DNA of 64,000 nucleotides from Bdellovibrionota bacterium (GTDB lineage: Bacteria > Bdellovibrionota_C > UBA2361 > CAKMMH01): NCBI GenBank assembly GCA_050952645.1, contig JBMNLI010000012.1, positions 64,001-128,000 of the forward strand, in the 5' to 3' direction. This document shows, piece by piece, positions 20,391 to 30,759 of the stretch. The translations under genes were made by a program, and so were the position numbers. The notes under the pieces are model-generated. The model was given only the letters and a program-made list of their open reading frames with translations. It was not told the DNA's origin and searched no databases. Each line of letters begins with the position of its first letter. Positions within the stretch are counted from its first letter, which is position 1.

Positions 20391-20753
20391 ATGAGTAAAA
20401 CTATTTTTAAAAAAATTATCGATAAAGAAATTCCTGCGACGATAGTCTATGAATCCGAAACGGTTCTAGCTTTTAAAGATGCAAATCCAGTGGCTCCCGT
20501 TCATATATTAGTAATTCCTAAAAAAGAAATAGAAAGTGTTGATAGCTTAAGCTCTAATGATTTTAAAGACTCTGATGATGGAGAAATTCTCTTAGATATG
20601 TTTAAAGCTATTAAGAAAATAGTTGCCGAGCAAGGCATTGCTAAAACTGGATATAGGCTAGTCGTAAATAATGGAAAGGATGCGCAACAATCCGTTAATC
20701 ATTTACATATTCACGTAATAGGTGGAAAATTTTTAAAATGGCCTCCTTGTTAA
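20391..20753 (+). CDS. histidine triad nucleotide-binding protein (HinT)
   Basis: TIFKKII.KEIPA, HLHIHVIGG, WPP motifs. Confidence 0.95.
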   Translation: MSKTIFKKIIDKEIPATIVYESETVLAFKDANPVAPVHILVIPKKEIESVDSLSSNDFKDSDDGEILLDMFKAIKKIVAEQGIAKTGYRLVVNNGKDAQQSVNHLHIHVIGGKFLKWPPC

Positions 20754-20813
20754 AAGTATCAAATATATAAAAATTATTTATAATTTCTAATTAAATATTT
20801 AATTAAATATTAA

Positions 20814-21305
20814 GTGAAAACATTAAGTGAAAATATTAAGGAATTAAAAGATATGTTTAAAAAATTAAGTGGCGGTATTTTTTTACTGTTTATAAGCGTT
20901 CTAGTTTTATGTTTAGATGCTTGTGTGTTAGTGCCTTTTATCGATTCGTATAAACAAATAGGAGTGTCTGAGGGAGATAGACAGGCTTTGCTTCCTAAGA
21001 CGTTAAAAAAATTTCAAGACTTTGTATACTGGGGACAATACTCTAACGCTTTAGCTTTTGCTAAAGAAGACGAGGTGATGAACATTAGAGAATCTTTAAA
21101 AAGGTATAAAGAAATAAAAATAGTTTCCATGAAAGTAGACGATATTTTATTTGAAGATGATTCAAAAAAAGCAACGGTCGATATAGTAGTTAGCTATTAT
21201 AAAATTCCACAATACGTAGTAGCAAAAGAGAAAGTAAGGGAAGTTTGGGAGTTTAGTTTAAGCGATTGGAAGATAAAAGAAAGGGTGATGATAAGTGAGG
21301 AATAA
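20814..21305 (+). CDS. hypothetical lipoprotein
   Basis: LDAC lipobox-like signal (start probably ATG 20853). Confidence 0.6.
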   Translation: MKTLSENIKELKDMFKKLSGGIFLLFISVLVLCLDACVLVPFIDSYKQIGVSEGDRQALLPKTLKKFQDFVYWGQYSNALAFAKEDEVMNIRESLKRYKEIKIVSMKVDDILFEDDSKKATVDIVVSYYKIPQYVVAKEKVREVWEFSLSDWKIKERVMISEE

Positions 21306-22251
21306 GAGGAATAAAACTAGTAATAAATTAAATGTAAATTTTAAAATTAAAAAAAACTACTTATTATCGTTTGTAGTAATTTTTAGTTTTGTAGTTTTTA
21401 GTTTCACAGCCTGCAATTTTAATAATATACCATTCTTGCAAAAGAAATTTTCTAAAACTGAAAATGAAAAAATCAAAACTACCGAAAGTGAAAATTTATT
21501 TTCTATGAGGATCGTAGAAAAAGTTAATGATGGCGAGAAAGTTTATATTTTAGGCGAGGCTTTTTCTAATGAAGAAATTCAGGTAGATAAAGTGTCTGTA
21601 AAATTAAGATTACTTAAAGGAAATGGAGAAACGAGTTTCGAGAATGTGTACGAATTTGCAGATTTGATGGGTAAAGATAAAAGTAAATTTTTTGAAAAAA
21701 AAGTTCCAAAGAGATTTTTAATCTCTTTAGATAATGATTTTTTAAAGCTAAATAGTGCTACAGATTTTCAATTAGAGCTTTTATGGAACTTAAATGAAGC
21801 TAACTTAAATGAAGCTAAGCAAGATGAAGTTAAACAAGGTGAGGATAGGCAAAGAGAGATTAAAGACGAGAGTTTAACTAATAGCGTAGCGAGCGTAGAT
21901 AATTTTTCAAATTTAAGCACGCTTCCTAAAGAGGCGTTAAAGATGGTTAATCTATCTTTTGAAAAAAAACTTGTGTCTTTAAATGATAAAGAACCTAAAT
22001 ATTACTTTTTAATAAGTGGAGAGCTTGAAAATTTATCAGATAGGGTAATAAATGAAATCACCATTACAGTTTCTTTTAAAAGCAAGTTAAGCAATATTAA
22101 GTTAAATAAAGAAGAAGAGTTCTTGGAAATTAAAGGTATTCGGATTAAACCTCATAGTTCAAAAAAGTTTGAGATGGAGTTAGACACCGTTTTAAGTAGT
22201 CAAGATGCGAATATTTATAAACCAGAAATAAAGATATTAAGTTTTAATTAA
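21295..22251 (+). CDS. hypothetical lipoprotein with C-terminal FxLYD/DUF3426-like beta domain
   Basis: FTAC lipobox; ISGELENLSD...EITITVSF...IKP.SSKKFE pattern. Confidence 0.55.
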   Translation: MRNKRNKTSNKLNVNFKIKKNYLLSFVVIFSFVVFSFTACNFNNIPFLQKKFSKTENEKIKTTESENLFSMRIVEKVNDGEKVYILGEAFSNEEIQVDKVSVKLRLLKGNGETSFENVYEFADLMGKDKSKFFEKKVPKRFLISLDNDFLKLNSATDFQLELLWNLNEANLNEAKQDEVKQGEDRQREIKDESLTNSVASVDNFSNLSTLPKEALKMVNLSFEKKLVSLNDKEPKYYFLISGELENLSDRVINEITITVSFKSKLSNIKLNKEEEFLEIKGIRIKPHSSKKFEMELDTVLSSQDANIYKPEIKILSFN

Positions 22252-22290
22252 ATTTCTTTTGTAAAATAAAATTGCTTTAAGTAGTAAGGT

Positions 22291-23619
22291 ATGAAAAAAA
22301 AATTATATATAAGAACGTATGGCTGTCAAATGAACACGTACGATTCTAAGAGAATAGCTAGTTTATTAGAAAACGAATATGAGACTACGGATACCGCATT
22401 AGATGCAGATTTAATAATCATCAATACTTGTAGCGTTAGAAGAAAGCCTGAAGAAAAGCTTTTTGCAGTCTTAGGCTCTATAAAACCTTTAAAGCAAAAT
22501 AATAAAAATTTAATTATCGGCGTTGGAGGTTGCGTAGCTCAACAATATGGGAAAAGTCTCTTAGAAAGAGCCTCACATGTAGACTTTGTTTTTGGGACTC
22601 ATAATTTATCTTTAATACCTAAGTTTATAGAAGATATAAACAAAGAAAGAGATAAGAATAGTGATAATCAAAAATATGTAGGCGTAGAATTTAGAGATGC
22701 ATGGGAAGAGCTTCCTATTTTAAATTCTAGTAAAGGCGCCTTGTCGATTAGTGTTGCGATAAGTAGAGGGTGTGATAATAAGTGTGCCTATTGCATAGTG
22801 CCACAAACTAGAGGTAGGGAAGTATCTAGACCGCACAGTGAGATTATAGATGAAATTTTATCATCCGTAGAGATGGGAGCTAAAGAGGTGCTTCTTTTAG
22901 GGCAATGCGTCAATTCGTATAAAAGCCCAGTTGATGAGAGCGTATCGTTTGAAAAATTATTAGAAAAAATTAGTGATATTAAAGGCATCGAGAGGATACG
23001 TTTTATAAGTCCTCATCCTAAACATATTACAGACGAGTTTATAAATCTCGTATGTTCTAATCCTAAGATTTGTAGGCATATTCACTTGCCCTTACAAGCA
23101 GGAAGCGATAGAGTTTTAGAGCTTATGAATAGAAAGTATACCAAGGAGCGCTATTTAGATATAGTAAATAAAATTAAGAGCAAAGTTCCCGACATGGCTT
23201 TTACGACGGATATAATAGTAGGGTTCCCGACTGAAACTGAGAGTGATTTTTTAGAAACGGTGAATGTGGTTGAAAAAGTGGGTTTTGTAAATAGTTATTC
23301 CTTTGTGTATTCTCCTAGACCTAATACGGAAGCATTAAAATTAGTTGATGATGTTCCGTATAGTGAAAAATTAGGCTGGCTTAATTTTTTGCAAGATAGG
23401 CAATACGAAGTGTCTGCAAGGGTGCTTAAAGATTTTATAGGCAAAACTACTAGTATTTTAGTTGACGGTTTTTCAAAGAAAGATGATACTTGTTATAAGG
23501 GAACTAATTCTCAAAATATTACGGTCAATCTTTCTAGTGACTATTCAAGTGTAGTAAAGCTTGGTAGTATTATAGATGTGAAAATAAAGGATATTTCTAG
23601 ATTAACATTAAAAGCGTAA
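22291..23619 (+). CDS. miaB: tRNA-2-methylthio-N6-dimethylallyladenosine synthase
   Basis: TYGCQMN.YDS, NTCSVR, GCDNKCAYCIVP radical-SAM motif, TDIIVGFP. Confidence 0.96.
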   Translation: MKKKLYIRTYGCQMNTYDSKRIASLLENEYETTDTALDADLIIINTCSVRRKPEEKLFAVLGSIKPLKQNNKNLIIGVGGCVAQQYGKSLLERASHVDFVFGTHNLSLIPKFIEDINKERDKNSDNQKYVGVEFRDAWEELPILNSSKGALSISVAISRGCDNKCAYCIVPQTRGREVSRPHSEIIDEILSSVEMGAKEVLLLGQCVNSYKSPVDESVSFEKLLEKISDIKGIERIRFISPHPKHITDEFINLVCSNPKICRHIHLPLQAGSDRVLELMNRKYTKERYLDIVNKIKSKVPDMAFTTDIIVGFPTETESDFLETVNVVEKVGFVNSYSFVYSPRPNTEALKLVDDVPYSEKLGWLNFLQDRQYEVSARVLKDFIGKTTSILVDGFSKKDDTCYKGTNSQNITVNLSSDYSSVVKLGSIIDVKIKDISRLTLKA

Positions 23620-23658
23620 AATAAAAAATAAGTCTTATTTTAAAAAGGTTAATAGTTT

Positions 23659-24450
23659 ATGAGTAAAAAAAATAAAAAAACAAAAAACGTTAAAGAACTT
23701 AAAGAAAATGTTGCTAGCAATACAGAGCTTGAGCAAGTTTTTGTAGAGGATCCTTTGTTTAGGTTTTTAAAAAAATGGCAAAATGTTATTTTCTGGGTAC
23801 TTTTACTCGTAGTAGTAGGGTATTTTGGGCATCAAAAATACACTGAAACTAGGTTAAGTGAGCAAAGAGAAGATGCAGATTTATTTGAAGAGTTTAGACC
23901 AATTTATGCTAATATTATAACTCTTAATAAAGATATTAGGGAAAAAGAGTTAAGGATAGAGAGAGAAAAAAAAGAAAACAAGGATGTAGTAGGTGCTAAG
24001 AAAGATTTAGAAAATTTACAAGAGCGTTTAAGTAAGTCTTTAGTAGAGGCTAATAGTCGTATTAAACCGCTAATGGCAAGCAGGCATTATGGTTCTATAT
24101 CAAAATTATATTCGGCTCAATTAAAAAGAGTTCAAGGAGATGATAAGGGCTTTGAAAAGATAGTTGGCTCTTTAGATTATAATAATTTTCAAAATGAAAA
24201 AAATGATTCTAAAAGATTTTACAAAGAGCTTACTTGTATAATAGTAGCTAAGACTTATTTAGAAGATAAATCAAAAATAGAGGAAGGAAAAAAACTTTTA
24301 ATGAATTTAGCAAAAAATGGAAAGTTTTTTAACGTTGTAGCTTTTAACTCGCTAGAGATCGTTTCAGGTAGAAAAGATGTAGATGCATTAAGTGCTTTAA
24401 AAAGTGAGATCTTAACGGTATATCCAGAACAGGCAGAGTTGTTAAAATAG
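23659..24450 (+). CDS. membrane-anchored helical protein (YfgM/TPR-like)
   Basis: Single N-terminal TM helix followed by an all-helical region. Confidence 0.5.
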   Translation: MSKKNKKTKNVKELKENVASNTELEQVFVEDPLFRFLKKWQNVIFWVLLLVVVGYFGHQKYTETRLSEQREDADLFEEFRPIYANIITLNKDIREKELRIEREKKENKDVVGAKKDLENLQERLSKSLVEANSRIKPLMASRHYGSISKLYSAQLKRVQGDDKGFEKIVGSLDYNNFQNEKNDSKRFYKELTCIIVAKTYLEDKSKIEEGKKLLMNLAKNGKFFNVVAFNSLEIVSGRKDVDALSALKSEILTVYPEQAELLK

Positions 24451-24796
24451 AAAAAAAGTTTTTTTTAAAATGCATTAAAAAATTTATCAGCAAAGGGAGT
24501 ATTAGAAGCATTTAGGTGTTTTCGGTAATACTTTAAATTTATCTATCTCTGTTAGTTTTAAGTTTTTTATATTGTTATTTATAACTTGAAATTGTATAAT
24601 TAGTTTTGTAAGTTTTTGTATTACGTATATTGCTTCGATACGTGTTTTTAGAAAATTTTAATTTAAGCCCAAAATTTTTTTTAAAGAGTGTGTAAGTAAA
24701 ATTAAAAACTAGATTTTTATTATGTTAAAATTCCTTTTAACCTCAAACAGTCGATTGAAAAATTTCTTTAAAAATTTCTTTCAAAATAAAAATTTG

Positions 24797-25361
24797 ATGA
24801 AAAATAAATATAAAAAGTCTCATTCGAGTCGTGGTAGTATTTTAACAGAAACAGGCTATAGTTTGTTTTTATTATTTTGTACTTACATGGGTAGTGACGA
24901 ATGTTTTCGTATTTGTTTTTCATGTGGTATGTTTAAATGAGAGAAATCTAGACTTGTTAATAGCTGTAGAAAATAGGCCAGTGCAATTTGTAGTCGATGT
25001 TTCACCTCATTTTATGGTAGCCTTAAGAGAGTATTGCCTAGACGGTTTAAGAGATACAGACGTTCCTAATTGTGAGTCTGTAAGGGGGAAAACTCGAAGT
25101 GAAATAGATGAAGTATGCGAAGTGCCTGAGGTGCAAGCTCTATCTAAAGATTGTCCTACTATATGTAAATTTTGGATTACGGCTTATAATTTAGCATTAT
25201 CGAAAAAGGTAGCGACGCCTAAGCAGCTAGGCTTTAAATATTTTGAGTTAAGAGGGGAGCCGTGTATAGCTAAGTATGGTATTTTAATTGCTTCTTCACG
25301 TTTTAGGTGGGTTAGAAAAATTGTTTTGGGGGTTAGCTTAAAAGAAAATTGGCTTTTATAG
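24797..25361 (+). CDS. TadE/TadG-like pseudopilin, apparent +1 frameshift at GG 24854-24855
   Basis: RG-SILTETAIV after removing one G joins ATG 24797 to ORF 24894..25361. Confidence 0.5.
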
Positions 25362-25437
25362 AAAACTATCTATAGTTTAAAGAAAAATTACAACTATATT
25401 TAAAGTAATTTATTTTATGCAAATTTCTTTAAAGTCA

Positions 25438-25511
25438 ATTTTCTTTTGGGCTTCGTGGGGCGAGTGATACTAATTTTAAGGTCTAAAACCTACCTTAAAA
25501 CGTGAAGAGCC
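25438..25511 (+). repeat. dispersed palindromic repeat, copy A
   Basis: GGCTTCGT.G.GG.GAGTGATACTAATT...ACCTACCTTAAAACGTGAAGAGC near-identical to 50649-50723 and the reverse complement of 57094-57195. Confidence 0.85.
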
Positions 25512-26684
25512 TTTTAATTCCTGATATAAAATTAGATAATGATAGTATAAAGACTACTAAACTCCCTCGAGAGTTTGTGGAGAAAGGAAAAATATGTAGA
25601 TTTTGTTCCCGTTGATAAAGAAAGTGAGACGATAAAACTTAGGACAATGAAGGGAGGGAAGATTTTTATTAAGTCTGGTATAATATTAGATATATTTAAG
25701 TTGTTAGATGATGAGCCTCTCATAGCAGATTCGTTTCATGTAGGTTTTTTTAGGACTGCGCAAATTTTCGATACATCTAGTTCACCTAAGGGGAGTTCGT
25801 CTAGTAGTAGTCCATCATCTAGTAGTTCATCGTCTAGTAGGAGCAGTTTATCTAGTAGCAGTGCATCTAGTAGTAGCATTTCTTCAAGTTTTTCTAGTAG
25901 TAGTAGTTTAAGTAGTTCTAGCTCATCTTTAAGTTCACCTTCAAGTTCATTATCTAGTAGCAAAAGTTCTAGCAAGAGTAGTTCTTCTAGTTCTTCTAGT
26001 TCTCTAAGTTCAAGCTTATCGCCAAGTAGTAGTAGTTCGTCTAGCTCTTCTAGTAAGAGTTCATCATTAAGTAAGAGTAGTTCGCCAAGTAGTAGCTCAT
26101 CTAGCAAGAGTTCGTCATCTAGTAGTAAGAGTTCGTCGTCTATTAGTTCTAGTTTAAGTAAGAGTAGTTCTTCAACCAAAAATCAGGGTAGCAATTATGG
26201 AGCTGATGGAGTGTGTTGCCCTAGGGAGTTTGATATAATGTGCGGTGGTGAAGGACAATGTTGTCCTGTAAATAGATGTATAGGCGAAGGTGGTGGTGCT
26301 AGGTGTGGTTGTTCTAGCGATGAAACAGAGTATACAGATAATAGCGGTAAAAAAGCGTGTTGTAAAACTGGTAGAATATATAACGAACAATATTGTTGCT
26401 CTCAGGATTTATGTAATGGAGTATGTTGCGAAGATGGAGAGACGTGTGATAATGGTGAATGTAAAGGAGAGTATAATTGTATGTCTGGGGAGAATTTTAA
26501 AAATGAAGGTTGCACGCCAGGCAATATGACTGAAGAATGTTGCGGAGGTAATTGTATGCGGTTTGGGGATGATATATACAGGTGTTCGCTTTGGGAAAAG
26601 AATTATGGTAAACCTTGCGAAAATGATGTAGATTGTGATAATTATAGACTAAAGTGCGAAAGTGGCAGGTGTGTAATTTCTTAA
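25502..26684 (+). CDS. Ser-rich linker plus Cys-rich C-terminal protein (ORF 25575..26684, likely extends upstream across a +1 A at 25588-25592)
   Basis: ~135 aa poly-Ser tract followed by many CC/C motifs; the alternative frame from GTG 25502 reads VKSLLIPDIKLDND...EKGK into the ORF. Confidence 0.65.
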
Positions 26685-26706
26685 GTGTTCTTATTATATA
26701 TTTTTC

Positions 26707-26735
26707 TTGTCTAAAAAGCTTATTTTCAGTATAAT
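26707..26735 (+). promoter_or_regulatory. sigma70 promoter
   Basis: TTGTCT-N17-TATAAT. Confidence 0.65.
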
Positions 26736-26850
26736 AAAGTTTAATTTGTGTCCTTTAAAGGACGGTTTTTTTAGGATTTGCAGTTCAGTTAAGATTTAAT
26801 TGAGTTGCAAATTCTTCACCTAATCTCTACTAGAAAGGAGAGATAGGATT

Positions 26851-27714
26851 ATGAAAAGGATTTTTGGTGTTGCCGTTTTGGCGTGTACTATTTTCTTTGG
26901 TGCTACTTGCTTTGGGCAAAAAGAAAATCTTGTTCCTAAAGGCGGAGAGAAGATTGAGAAAGTTATCCCGCAGGATAATGCACAGAATAACGCTCCGAAT
27001 ACTAATCTGACGCAAGAACAACTTAACTATAATCATCAGACGCTTATCTATGCTGAAATGATGGAGAAAGATAAGGCTACGTATTCGGGAGAATCTTTGT
27101 ATAGAAGGCTTGGCTTCCTTGAAAAGGGCATCACTAAATTTCAAAGTATGGTAGATGAAATTCAAGCCATTGGTGTTGATGCTAATGACATTCGAGTTGT
27201 GAATGGGTGTGATAGTCTTAAAAATTCTAACCTTCCAGTTTTAATTAAGAACGCTGCTGAAATTAGGTCTAGAATGCAAGAAGGCGTGCCTAAAAGACGG
27301 CCAGCAAGGAAGCAACTAGAAGCGAGTTTGTGGAACGACCCTGAGATTCTATATATTGTTGCAGAAATAAAGTTTTTTTGCGAATGTTCTGTTCGGGGTT
27401 GGGAAATAACAAAAAAGTACTCGCGAAAAGCAGCAGATGAGATAAAAGAGCCGATAGATAAAGCGGACAAAGTACTCAAACAGATGGAATATATCTGCAC
27501 TGGCATTTGTATGCAATTTTCCGAAGATAGTAAAGCTTACTGGGGAAATAAGCTTGGTATGGGTAAGCCAAAAACAGTCTACTACTTCAAGTCAGTAAAT
27601 GGAGAACGTAAAGCTTATGTTATGGGTAAGAGAGAAGGCACTGACGAAATACCAGAGGCAGTAATGCCAAACGACAACCGTAAGAACGTCAATAACCGTA
27701 GACGTGATCAGTGA
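26851..27714 (+). CDS. hypothetical secreted protein
   Basis: Signal peptide, strong SD AAGGAG, own promoter and terminator. Confidence 0.75.
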   Translation: MKRIFGVAVLACTIFFGATCFGQKENLVPKGGEKIEKVIPQDNAQNNAPNTNLTQEQLNYNHQTLIYAEMMEKDKATYSGESLYRRLGFLEKGITKFQSMVDEIQAIGVDANDIRVVNGCDSLKNSNLPVLIKNAAEIRSRMQEGVPKRRPARKQLEASLWNDPEILYIVAEIKFFCECSVRGWEITKKYSRKAADEIKEPIDKADKVLKQMEYICTGICMQFSEDSKAYWGNKLGMGKPKTVYYFKSVNGERKAYVMGKREGTDEIPEAVMPNDNRKNVNNRRRDQ

Positions 27715-27727
27715 TGATCCAACATTT

Positions 27728-27771
27728 GAGCTCCTTTTTATACATCTGTATTTTAAAGGAGCTCTTTTTTT
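27728..27771 (+). terminator. intrinsic terminator
   Basis: GAGCTCCTTT/AAAGGAGCTC stem plus T7. Confidence 0.8.
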
Positions 27772-28000
27772 ATTAATTTTTTATTACAAAAAATTTTCAC
27801 TTTTACTAAAAGTTTTATCGATACTCCTATTTTCTTTCTATCATTTAGTTTCTTTCTACCATTCTTGCTCCCTTTTATTCTTACCATTTATTGAAAATAA
27901 TCTTTAATTTTCGTATAATATACATTTACTCTAAAGAAAATAAACTAGGTAATATAAAAATATATAAGGAAATAAATTATATAAGGAAATAAATTAAAGA

Positions 28001-30730
28001 GTGAATACGGCATTTGAGATTGAACAATATGGGAAACTTCCCCCAATGCTTGAGCAATATATCGAGTATAAAAATGAATACCCTGATTGCTTGATATTTT
28101 GTCAAGTAGGCGATTTTTATGAATTGTTTTTTGAAGATGCTAAAGTAGTAGCAAAAACCTTAAATTTAACATTGACTAGTAGAGATAAAAATAGTGAGAA
28201 TCCCGTGCCTATGTGCGGAGTGCCAATTTCAGTTATAGATGGCTACATAGATAGATTAGTAGACCTTGGTTTTTCAGTGGCAATCGTAAGTCAGGCAGAA
28301 TTAGCCTCCGAGGCTAAAGGTATGGTAAAAAGAAAGCTAGAAAGAATAATAACGCCAGCAGTAAGACTTTTAGGAAGCGATAAAGCAGAGTCATGCGTTG
28401 CGGCTTCCATATATTTTGATAATGAGAAAAATATGTCGATAGCTTTTTTAGATGTGCAAAATGCTACGCTCTTTTATAGAGAAAATATATCGCTAGAAAG
28501 TTTAAAATCTGAACTCAGTAGAGTCTCCCCTAAAGAAATTATAGTGCTTCAAAACTTAGGCGGAAAAAGAATAGACAGAAGAACACTCTGGTTTAGAGAT
28601 ATAGAAAGAAGCTTTAAAGATGCCATTATAAAAATAAAACCCGAAACTTATTCAAGCTTAGATTTAAATCCTTTAAGAAAATTTAGCGAGCTTCAAGGAT
28701 ACGCAAGCCTATCAAATGCTACTAAAAAAGCGGTTAGAATACTTATAAACTATATAGATGAGATCACTATAGAAAAAACACTTGCAATTTCAGAAGTTTC
28801 AAAATGTAATTACGATAATATTATGAGCGTCGATGCTAGCGCTAGACAAAACTTAGAGCTTATAACTAATATAAAAGATGGGAGTAAAAAAAATACTCTC
28901 TTTGATTACATGGATAAGACGATTACTCAAGGAGGAGAAAAGCTTTTAAGAACTTGGATCTTATCTCCTTTGTTAAATGTCAAGCAAATAAAAGAAAGAC
29001 AAAACGTTATCAAGTTTTTCTTATCAGAGGTTTTTATCCGCTCGAAAGTAAGAAATATTTTAAAGTATATTTGTAATTTCTCTAAAATAGCTTCAAGACT
29101 TGAAATGCAAATAGTATCTCCTAGAGAACTTGGAAGCTTAAGAGATAGCTTAAATAAAATTCCAGAAATTATTTTCCTTTTTAAAGAAACATTAGATGAT
29201 ATCCCTAGCAATTTAAGAAATATCTTAGATAGCCTTATAGTGCCAGAAGAGTTAAAAGTTATTTTAGATAACACTCTAATAGAAGAACCTAGCAACTCTA
29301 TAAATGAAGGAAATATTATAAAGGAAGGCTTTAGTAAAGAGGTAGATAGACTAAGAGATATAAGGCAAGGGGGTTGCTCTTGGATTTTAGAGCTAGAAGC
29401 TAAAGAAAGGGAAGCAAGCGGAATAAACTCTCTTAAAATTAAATTTAATAATGTGCTTGGATATTTTATAGAGGTTACGAAAGTAAATAAGGATAAAGTT
29501 CCAGATTATTTTATTCAAAGACAAAGCACTTCAAATTATGAAAGATTTTTTACACCCGAACTAAAAGAAAGAGAAAAGGAAGTTCTAGGAGCCGAAGCAA
29601 AACTGTTCGCTTTAGAAAGAGAGCTTTTTGCTAACTTAAAAAATACTTTGCAAGCTTACATTCCACTTTTAAGAAGCTTAAGCGATACTATTTCTCTTCT
29701 CGACCTTTATGCATCGCTAGCAGAACTCGCAGAAAATGAAGCGTTAGTCTGCCCTAATGTTACTTCTGATTACGCTTTAGATATAAAACAAGGTATGCAC
29801 CCAGTTTTAAAAAAAGTCCTAAAGAGCGATTTTATCCCGAACTCTTTAAACTTATCTTCGCTTGAAACGCTTGTAGTGCTCACAGGGCCTAATATGGGCG
29901 GTAAGTCTACATTCCTTAGGCAAGTAGCCTTAATCGTTATTATGGCTCAAATAGGAAGCTTTGTGCCTGCAAAAGAGGCTGCCATAGGACTCGTAGATAA
30001 GATTTTTGCTAGACTAGGAGCAAGCGATGATATGGAGGAGGGAGAGTCTACTTTTATGGTAGAAATGAGAGAAGCGTCAAATATTTTGTCTAACGCAACA
30101 GAGCGATCTTTAGTGCTAATAGATGAGATAGGAAGAGGAACGGCTACTACCGACGGGATTTCCATAGCAGAGGCTATTTTAGAATATTTGCTATTAAAGA
30201 TAAAATGTAAAACCGTTTTTGCTACGCACTTTCACGAACTAACAGAGCTTGCTAAAAAATATAAACAATTAAAAAATATTTCAGTAGGTTCAATAGAGCT
30301 AGAAGGAGAGGTAGTCTTTACTCATGAGATAGTAGATGGTGCTGCAAAAAAATCTTACGGTATCCACGTTGCTAAACTTGCAGGAATAAATAAGGTGATT
30401 TTAAATAGGGCAAGAGAAATTTTAACTAAGCTAGATGCTAAAAATAATCTAGTAAAAGAAGCGCAGATGTCCTTTTTCGATGATAGCTTAAGTGGCACGC
30501 TAGGCGAAAATTTAGAAGATATGAGAAGCGTAGGAGATATAGAAAATATAAAAGACTTAAATGTAAAAGATTTATTTAAAGAAGATTTATTTAAAAAAGA
30601 CATAGCTCTTCCTGATGATTACGAGGAATTAAAAGGGGTTGCAGAAAGTATAAAAAATATAGATATTAATTCTATGACCCCAATAGAGGCACTAAAATTT
30701 TTAAACGATTTAAAAAATGAAATAATTTAA
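28001..30730 (+). CDS. mutS: DNA mismatch repair protein MutS
   Basis: GDFYELFFEDA, TGPNMGGKSTFLRQ, STFMVEM, DEIGRGT and THFHEL motifs. Confidence 0.98.
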   Translation: MNTAFEIEQYGKLPPMLEQYIEYKNEYPDCLIFCQVGDFYELFFEDAKVVAKTLNLTLTSRDKNSENPVPMCGVPISVIDGYIDRLVDLGFSVAIVSQAELASEAKGMVKRKLERIITPAVRLLGSDKAESCVAASIYFDNEKNMSIAFLDVQNATLFYRENISLESLKSELSRVSPKEIIVLQNLGGKRIDRRTLWFRDIERSFKDAIIKIKPETYSSLDLNPLRKFSELQGYASLSNATKKAVRILINYIDEITIEKTLAISEVSKCNYDNIMSVDASARQNLELITNIKDGSKKNTLFDYMDKTITQGGEKLLRTWILSPLLNVKQIKERQNVIKFFLSEVFIRSKVRNILKYICNFSKIASRLEMQIVSPRELGSLRDSLNKIPEIIFLFKETLDDIPSNLRNILDSLIVPEELKVILDNTLIEEPSNSINEGNIIKEGFSKEVDRLRDIRQGGCSWILELEAKEREASGINSLKIKFNNVLGYFIEVTKVNKDKVPDYFIQRQSTSNYERFFTPELKEREKEVLGAEAKLFALERELFANLKNTLQAYIPLLRSLSDTISLLDLYASLAELAENEALVCPNVTSDYALDIKQGMHPVLKKVLKSDFIPNSLNLSSLETLVVLTGPNMGGKSTFLRQVALIVIMAQIGSFVPAKEAAIGLVDKIFARLGASDDMEEGESTFMVEMREASNILSNATERSLVLIDEIGRGTATTDGISIAEAILEYLLLKIKCKTVFATHFHELTELAKKYKQLKNISVGSIELEGEVVFTHEIVDGAAKKSYGIHVAKLAGINKVILNRAREILTKLDAKNNLVKEAQMSFFDDSLSGTLGENLEDMRSVGDIENIKDLNVKDLFKEDLFKKDIALPDDYEELKGVAESIKNIDINSMTPIEALKFLNDLKNEII

Positions 30731-30759
30731 AAAAATAATTTAATAAAAAATATACTAAT

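Noticed and set aside
24704..24731. TTATGTTAAA as the XerD arm of a dif site
   Set aside because: No XerC-like arm at the required 6-bp spacing
25736..26179. Leu/Glu-rich minus-strand ORF resembling an LRR
   Set aside because: It is the antisense shadow of the poly-Ser codons (AGT/TCT) of the plus-strand gene
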